Shown here: positions 59,364 through 64,000 of the stretch, one piece after another
Position numbering within the stretch: position 1 is the first letter of the stretch
Layout: each line of letters begins with the position of its first letter
IMG/VR virus record: IMGVR_UViG_3300035157_000972
DNA: 64,000 nt
Strand: one strand, 5' to 3'
Source: a virus
The notes under the pieces: model-generated
What the model was told of the DNA's origin: nothing
The model's database searches: none
Seen by the model: only the letters and a program-made list of their open reading frames with translations
Program-made: the position numbers and the translations under genes

Positions 59364-59441
59364 ATACAAAAAAAGTACTTCTATTATAATTATCTATGTC
59401 GCCTTCGGGGACATTATTCACAGACGCTTAGAGAGGTCACT

Positions 59442-59873
59442 ATGTTTGACAACGGAATAACTCTGACTGTTGGAGATACCCAAGAGTATCTCAATAAGAT
59501 CAGAAGAAACATGATCGGATTTGACGATTGGATCAGCGATTTCGATCAACACTTCAAAAATTCTAACTATCCACCTTATAATACTATAAAGATATCAAAC
59601 CATGAGTATAAGGTAGAGGTAGCACTAGCAGGATTCAAGAAAGATGAACTAAAAGTTTACACACAAGAGGGTAAACTGATCATCGAGGGTAAGAAAACTG
59701 AGAAAGAGGGCACTGACTACATGCATCGTGGTCTTGCACAGAGATCTTTCAGTAGATCATGGGCAGTACCTGATGATTTAGAGGTCAAGAACGTAAACTT
59801 TGAGGATGGATTACTTCTTATTGACATAGAAAGAATCATTCCAGAGCATAGGCAGCGTAAGGAGTGGCTCTAA
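59442..59873 (+). CDS. hsp20: Small heat-shock protein Hsp20
   Basis: NYPPYN, EVALAGF, YMHRGLAQRSF, FEDGLL.I...IIPE. Confidence 0.95.
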   Translation: MFDNGITLTVGDTQEYLNKIRRNMIGFDDWISDFDQHFKNSNYPPYNTIKISNHEYKVEVALAGFKKDELKVYTQEGKLIIEGKKTEKEGTDYMHRGLAQRSFSRSWAVPDDLEVKNVNFEDGLLLIDIERIIPEHRQRKEWL

Positions 59874-59895
59874 ATACCTAAAAAGCAATTAGGTC

Positions 59896-60639
59896 GTGTT
59901 CAATAGGGTAAGAAAACACATTTCAGCGTCAGATCTTCGTCGATTGAACGAGGGTCTGACTTTGAAGTTTAGAGATAAATTAAATCCAGTATTTTGGGGT
60001 CCATCTGGTCTAAAATCCATAGTCAGAGAGAAATTAATGGACTTTGGAAAGGCATTTGCAGACTATGCAGAGATACCAGAGGCAGGAATCGTAGATATTT
60101 TGATGTTGGGAGGTAATGCAGGGTATAATTACACCAAATATTCTGACATTGATGTGCATTTAGTGGTAGATCCTAAGTATGTGCCCGATTGTGACCCAGA
60201 ATTGATAGATGATTACTACATGGATAAGAAAACTCTATGGGAGTTGACTCATGATATAAAAATCTATGGTGTACAGGCAGAACCATACATTGAGAGACCC
60301 GGAATCACTAGAAAGAAGAGTCAGGGTGTCTACAGTCTACTAAAAAACAGGTTTATACAGGAACCACAGCGATTTGATGGTGAACTAGACGAAAGGGAAC
60401 TAGAAAAGAAGACAAATAACATCAAGGGTAAGATAGACAGACTTGTGGATAGTGACAATGGTGTCGGATTACGTGCTATAATGAAGAAACTAAGAGCAGC
60501 AAGGCAGGCATCACTCGATTCCTTTGGAGAATATGGATTTGAGAACCTTGTGTTCAAAGAACTAAGAAATAGTGGTTACATTGACAAAGTAAGGGATACC
60601 GTGCTAAAATTAAACTCAAGAAACCTATCCTTGACATGA
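59896..60639 (+). CDS. Pol-beta-superfamily nucleotidyltransferase-like protein
   Basis: GGNAGYNY..YSDIDVH (hG[G/S]...DxD); C-terminal GEY..ENLVFKELR..GY; late-like CTAAATA at 59870. Confidence 0.7.
   Translation: MFNRVRKHISASDLRRLNEGLTLKFRDKLNPVFWGPSGLKSIVREKLMDFGKAFADYAEIPEAGIVDILMLGGNAGYNYTKYSDIDVHLVVDPKYVPDCDPELIDDYYMDKKTLWELTHDIKIYGVQAEPYIERPGITRKKSQGVYSLLKNRFIQEPQRFDGELDERELEKKTNNIKGKIDRLVDSDNGVGLRAIMKKLRAARQASLDSFGEYGFENLVFKELRNSGYIDKVRDTVLKLNSRNLSLT
60581..60610 (+). promoter_or_regulatory. sigma70-type promoter ahead of the gp43 unit
   Basis: TTGACA-18 nt-TAAAAT with TG extension, inside the end of the upstream gene. Confidence 0.5.
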
Positions 60640-60911
60640 TACAAATATTATTATTGAAGAATCACACTGTTCTAATCGCTAGAATAGAGGAAGTTGGTTC
60701 TGAAATGGGTGAACCCGACTGCAAACTCATAGAACCATATGAATTGAAGCAAGAGAATGGTGAGAATTTCTTGACATCATGGCCAAGTTTCACAACACAG
60801 AAAGAATTGATGATTCATTCTGATAGTATACTAACTATGGTGCAACCTGATAAAGATCAACTCGATAAGTACCAAACACTCACAGCAAAACCTAGCATCA
60901 CTGTAAAATGA
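60636..60911 (+). CDS. Conserved hypothetical protein upstream of gp43
   Basis: LIARIEEV..E.GEPDCKLIEPY, WP..T.Q...MIHSDSILT. Confidence 0.7.
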   Translation: MIQILLLKNHTVLIARIEEVGSEMGEPDCKLIEPYELKQENGENFLTSWPSFTTQKELMIHSDSILTMVQPDKDQLDKYQTLTAKPSITVK

Positions 60912-63403
60912 GATATTACACCAACGTTCAGATGGTCGGCAACGACTTTCTGGTTCGTGGTTATGAGAATGGCAGGTCATTTACATCACGAGACGACTTT
61001 CAACCCACTTTGTTTGTCCCCAGTAAGAAGAAAACAAAGTATAGAACCTTGGATGGGAAGTATGTTGGTGAGGTAAAACCGGGAAACGTAAGAGATTGTA
61101 GAGAATTTATAAGATCGCATGAGAATATAGAAAAGTTCCCTATCTATGGCAATCGTAGATACATCTATCAATATATTTCAGACAAGTATCCAGAAGATGA
61201 GATAAAGTTTGATCTCAACAACATGAAACTCGTCACAATTGATATTGAGGTGAAGTCAGAGAATGGATTCCCCTCTGTAGAGAAGTGTGATGAAGAGATG
61301 TTGCTCATATCATTACTAGATTTCTCATCAAAGAAGATACTTACCTTTGGTGTTGGTCCTTTTGACAATAAGGATAAGGATGTAACTTATATCAGGTGTG
61401 TGGATGAGTATGATATGCTACAAAGATTCCTAGCATACTGGCAACAGAATACACCAGAGATTGTGACAGGATGGAACTGTACATTATACGATATACCATA
61501 CCTTGCAAAGAGAATCACTCGTATTCTAGGTGAGAAAGCATCAAAGCAACTATCTCCATGGGGTCTAGTAACTCATGAAGAGATCTTTATACAGGGTAGA
61601 GGGCATCTACAGTATGATATTGCAGGTGTTACTGTTCTAGACTACCTTGATCTGTACAAGAAGTTCACATACAAGGCACAAGAGTCATACAGATTGGACT
61701 ACATTGCATCTGTAGAACTAGGGCAGAAGAAATTAGACCATGATGAGTTTGATACCTTCAAAGATTTCTATACAAATGGATGGCAGAAGTTTGTAGAATA
61801 CAACATCGTTGACGTAAAACTTGTTGACGCTCTCGAAGAGAAGATGAAGTTGATTGAACTTGCTGTGACCATGGCATTTGATGCTAAAGTCAACTTCAAT
61901 GATGTATTCTATCAGGTTCGTATGTGGGATATGATTATCTACAACGACTTGAAGAAAAAGAATATTGTTATACCACCAAAGCAGGATGAAGATAAAGCAG
62001 ATAGGTATGCAGGTGCATATGTAAAAGAACCAAAACCGGGTGTATATGATTGGGTTGTGTCTTTTGACTTGAACAGTCTATATCCTCATCTTATAATGCA
62101 ATATAATATTTCACCAGAGACTTTACTGGATGAAAGATATCGTGGTGTGAGTGTGGATAAGTTATTGAACGAAGAAGTAGATCTATCTGGTCTCAAAGAT
62201 GTCACTGTGTGTCCAAATGGTGCTGTATTTACCACTAAAAAGAGGGGTTTTTTACCCAAAATAATGGACAAAATATACAGTGAACGAGTCATCTTCAAGA
62301 AGAAGATGCTCAAGGCAAAGCAAGAGTATGAGAAGTCTCCTACCAAGGCATTGGAAAGAGAGATTGCTCGCTGTAATAATATACAGATGGCAAAGAAGAT
62401 TCAACTCAACTCTGCCTATGGTGCTATCGGTAATAACTATTTCCGTTATTACAAATTGGCAAACGCTGAAGCAATTACTTTAGGTGGTCAGTTCTCTATT
62501 CGTTGGATCGAGAACAAGATGAACATCTACATGAACAAAATACTAAAAACTAAGGAGGTTGATTATGTTATTGCTAGTGATACTGACTCTATCTATTTGC
62601 ACATGGGTCCTCTTGTTGAAGTTATATACAAAGAACGAGAGAAGACTACTGAAGGCATTGTTGGGTTCCTTGACAAGATCTGTAATGTGGAACTTGAAAG
62701 GTATATTTCGAGTTCTTACGAAGCGTTGGCCACGTACGTCAACGCTTACGAGCAGAAGATGTTCATGAAGCGTGAGACAATAGCAGAGAGAGGTATATGG
62801 ACAGCAAAGAAAAGATATATTCTAAATGCATGGGACATAGAAGGTGTAAGATTTGCAGAACCAAAACTGAAGATGATGGGTATTGAAGCAGTCAAATCAT
62901 CTACACCTGCACCATGTAGAACTCTTATCAGAGATGCATTGAAAGTTATACTAACACAGACAGAACAAGATGTAATAGACTTTGTAGAACAAGCAAGAGT
63001 GGACTTCAAGAAGTTACCTGCAGAGGAGATTGCATTTCCTAGATCAGTCTCAAATGTTACGAAGTATAAAAGTGCAAGTGGCATATATGCCAAGGGTACA
63101 CCTATACATTCTAGGGGATCCTTACTTTTCAATCATCACATAAAGAAAAATAAACTAGATAATAAGTATAATATGATAAACAATGGCGAAAAGATAAAGT
63201 TTGTTTACCTCAAGAAACCCAATCCGATTCATGAAAATGTTATTTCGTTTATCAACCAATTTCCCAGTGAGTTAGGGTTACAAAAATATATCGACTACGA
63301 TTTACAATTCAATAAATCTTTTATCGAACCCGTTAGGGCGATTCTAGATGCGATTGGGTGGTCACTTGAGAAAACTGCAACACTTGAATCTTTCTTCATT
63401 TAG
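60908..63403 (+). CDS. gp43: Family B DNA polymerase gp43
   Basis: Exo I DIE, SFDLNSLYP, KIQLNSAYGAIGN, ASDTDS, KKRY. Confidence 0.98.
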   Translation: MRYYTNVQMVGNDFLVRGYENGRSFTSRDDFQPTLFVPSKKKTKYRTLDGKYVGEVKPGNVRDCREFIRSHENIEKFPIYGNRRYIYQYISDKYPEDEIKFDLNNMKLVTIDIEVKSENGFPSVEKCDEEMLLISLLDFSSKKILTFGVGPFDNKDKDVTYIRCVDEYDMLQRFLAYWQQNTPEIVTGWNCTLYDIPYLAKRITRILGEKASKQLSPWGLVTHEEIFIQGRGHLQYDIAGVTVLDYLDLYKKFTYKAQESYRLDYIASVELGQKKLDHDEFDTFKDFYTNGWQKFVEYNIVDVKLVDALEEKMKLIELAVTMAFDAKVNFNDVFYQVRMWDMIIYNDLKKKNIVIPPKQDEDKADRYAGAYVKEPKPGVYDWVVSFDLNSLYPHLIMQYNISPETLLDERYRGVSVDKLLNEEVDLSGLKDVTVCPNGAVFTTKKRGFLPKIMDKIYSERVIFKKKMLKAKQEYEKSPTKALEREIARCNNIQMAKKIQLNSAYGAIGNNYFRYYKLANAEAITLGGQFSIRWIENKMNIYMNKILKTKEVDYVIASDTDSIYLHMGPLVEVIYKEREKTTEGIVGFLDKICNVELERYISSSYEALATYVNAYEQKMFMKRETIAERGIWTAKKRYILNAWDIEGVRFAEPKLKMMGIEAVKSSTPAPCRTLIRDALKVILTQTEQDVIDFVEQARVDFKKLPAEEIAFPRSVSNVTKYKSASGIYAKGTPIHSRGSLLFNHHIKKNKLDNKYNMINNGEKIKFVYLKKPNPIHENVISFINQFPSELGLQKYIDYDLQFNKSFIEPVRAILDAIGWSLEKTATLESFFI

Positions 63404-63412
63404 TGCTATACT
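63384..63412 (+). promoter_or_regulatory. sigma70-type promoter ahead of uvsX unit
   Basis: TTGAAT-17 nt-TATACT with TG extension. Confidence 0.55.
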
Positions 63413-63433
63413 TTTAGAATCAGGACATTTATT

Positions 63434-63604
63434 TTGGATTTACCAATCAACGACAGAGAACTTGGAGTCATTGTCAACGCATTGACACTTGGCGGAGATA
63501 CCGCCCTATATCAAAAATTGAAGTTGGTGAAGGAGACTAGGGAAGCACATCCCGGTGGTCCTTACAAAAAGATCCTACGAGAAACACACGGAATGGTAAT
63601 TTGA
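63434..63604 (+). CDS. 56-aa hypothetical protein (TTG start; not in ORF track)
   Basis: MDLPINDRELGVIVNALTLGGDTALYQKLKLV...PGGPYKKILRETHGMVI; TGATG coupling to uvsX. Confidence 0.6.
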   Translation: MDLPINDRELGVIVNALTLGGDTALYQKLKLVKETREAHPGGPYKKILRETHGMVI

Positions 63605-64000
63605 TGAACTTTTTTGATGATGTAATCAAAGACATAGGAAAAGACACTGCAAAGTTGTCAAAGAATCTAGAGGAATCACATTCCTTTCTAGACACTGGTT
63701 CCTATATCTTCAATGCACTCTGTAGCACATCCATCTTTGGAGGTGTATCTGACAATAAAATTACTGCTATCGCAGGATCAGAAGCAACGGGCAAAACTTT
63801 CTTTGCCCTTTCTATCTGTAATAATTTTATGAAGCAGAACCCTAAAGGAGGAGTTGTATACTTTGACACAGAGGGTGCTATAACAAAAGAACTATTAGAG
63901 AAAAGGGGAATGGACCCCACAGGTAAGCAGTTCCTGACAATTGACTGTTTGACTGTAGAAGACTTCAGAAATGTTGCATATAAAATACTAGACAAGTATA
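63604..64000 (+). CDS. uvsX: RecA-like recombinase UvsX, 3'-truncated
   Basis: Hand translation: DTGSYIFNALCS.SIFGGV..NKITAIAGSEATGKTFFAL...VYFDTE. Confidence 0.93.
   Translation, partial: MNFFDDVIKDIGKDTAKLSKNLEESHSFLDTGSYIFNALCSTSIFGGVSDNKITAIAGSEATGKTFFALSICNNFMKQNPKGGVVYFDTEGAITKELLEKRGMDPTGKQFLTIDCLTVEDFRNVAYKILDKY

Noticed and set aside
32450-63403. Introns, inteins or homing endonucleases in gp17, gp20, gp23, uvsW, gp46, gp43
   Set aside because: All are uninterrupted with ordinary lengths; the 34196 zinc-finger ORF lacks a nuclease domain
1-64000. CRISPR array, tRNA genes, rRNA
   Set aside because: No regularly spaced repeat-spacer pattern or cloverleaf seen; intergenic gaps are short and explained by promoters/terminators. 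Not machine-scanned
1-64000. Stop-codon reassignment
   Set aside because: Core genes are full length in the standard code and end in TAA, TGA and TAG (gp18 and gp3 end in TAG)

Overview
64 kb of a T4-like cyanomyovirus genome (low GC; host most likely Prochlorococcus, judged from Prochlorococcus-type hli and psbN sequences). Almost all genes are on the + strand. Order: baseplate (gp7-like in two parts, gp8), VrlC-like virion protein, two fibre genes flanking a small enzyme cassette, neck/tail/head module (gp13-gp23, gp3), uvsY/uvsW, gp55, gp47/gp46, a host-like island (porin-like gene, three hli genes), gp45, a second island (cytidylyltransferase, 2OG-Fe oxygenases, psbN, denV-like), gp44, dam, gp62, regA, an antisense radical SAM gene, hsp20, a nucleotidyltransferase, gp43 and the start of uvsX. 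Several real small genes (psbN, one hli, a Cys-rich peptide, membrane peptides) are missing from the ORF track and were read by hand. Best candidates for undescribed biology: (1) a cassette of Cys-rich peptide + SAM methyltransferase + ferritin-like diiron protein + two sulfotransferase/kinase-like P-loop paralogues between the fibre genes; (2) a 785-aa basic modular protein between gp16 and gp17 carrying internal copies of a T4 capsid-targeting/gp21-cleavage-like motif (candidate packaged polyprotein); (3) a structured, terminator-containing leader ahead of the porin-like gene; (4) host regulator-like boxes (NtcA, RpaB/HLR1) at phage promoters; (5) apparent avoidance of CCWGG and RGCY. All family assignments come from motif recognition and synteny, not database searches.
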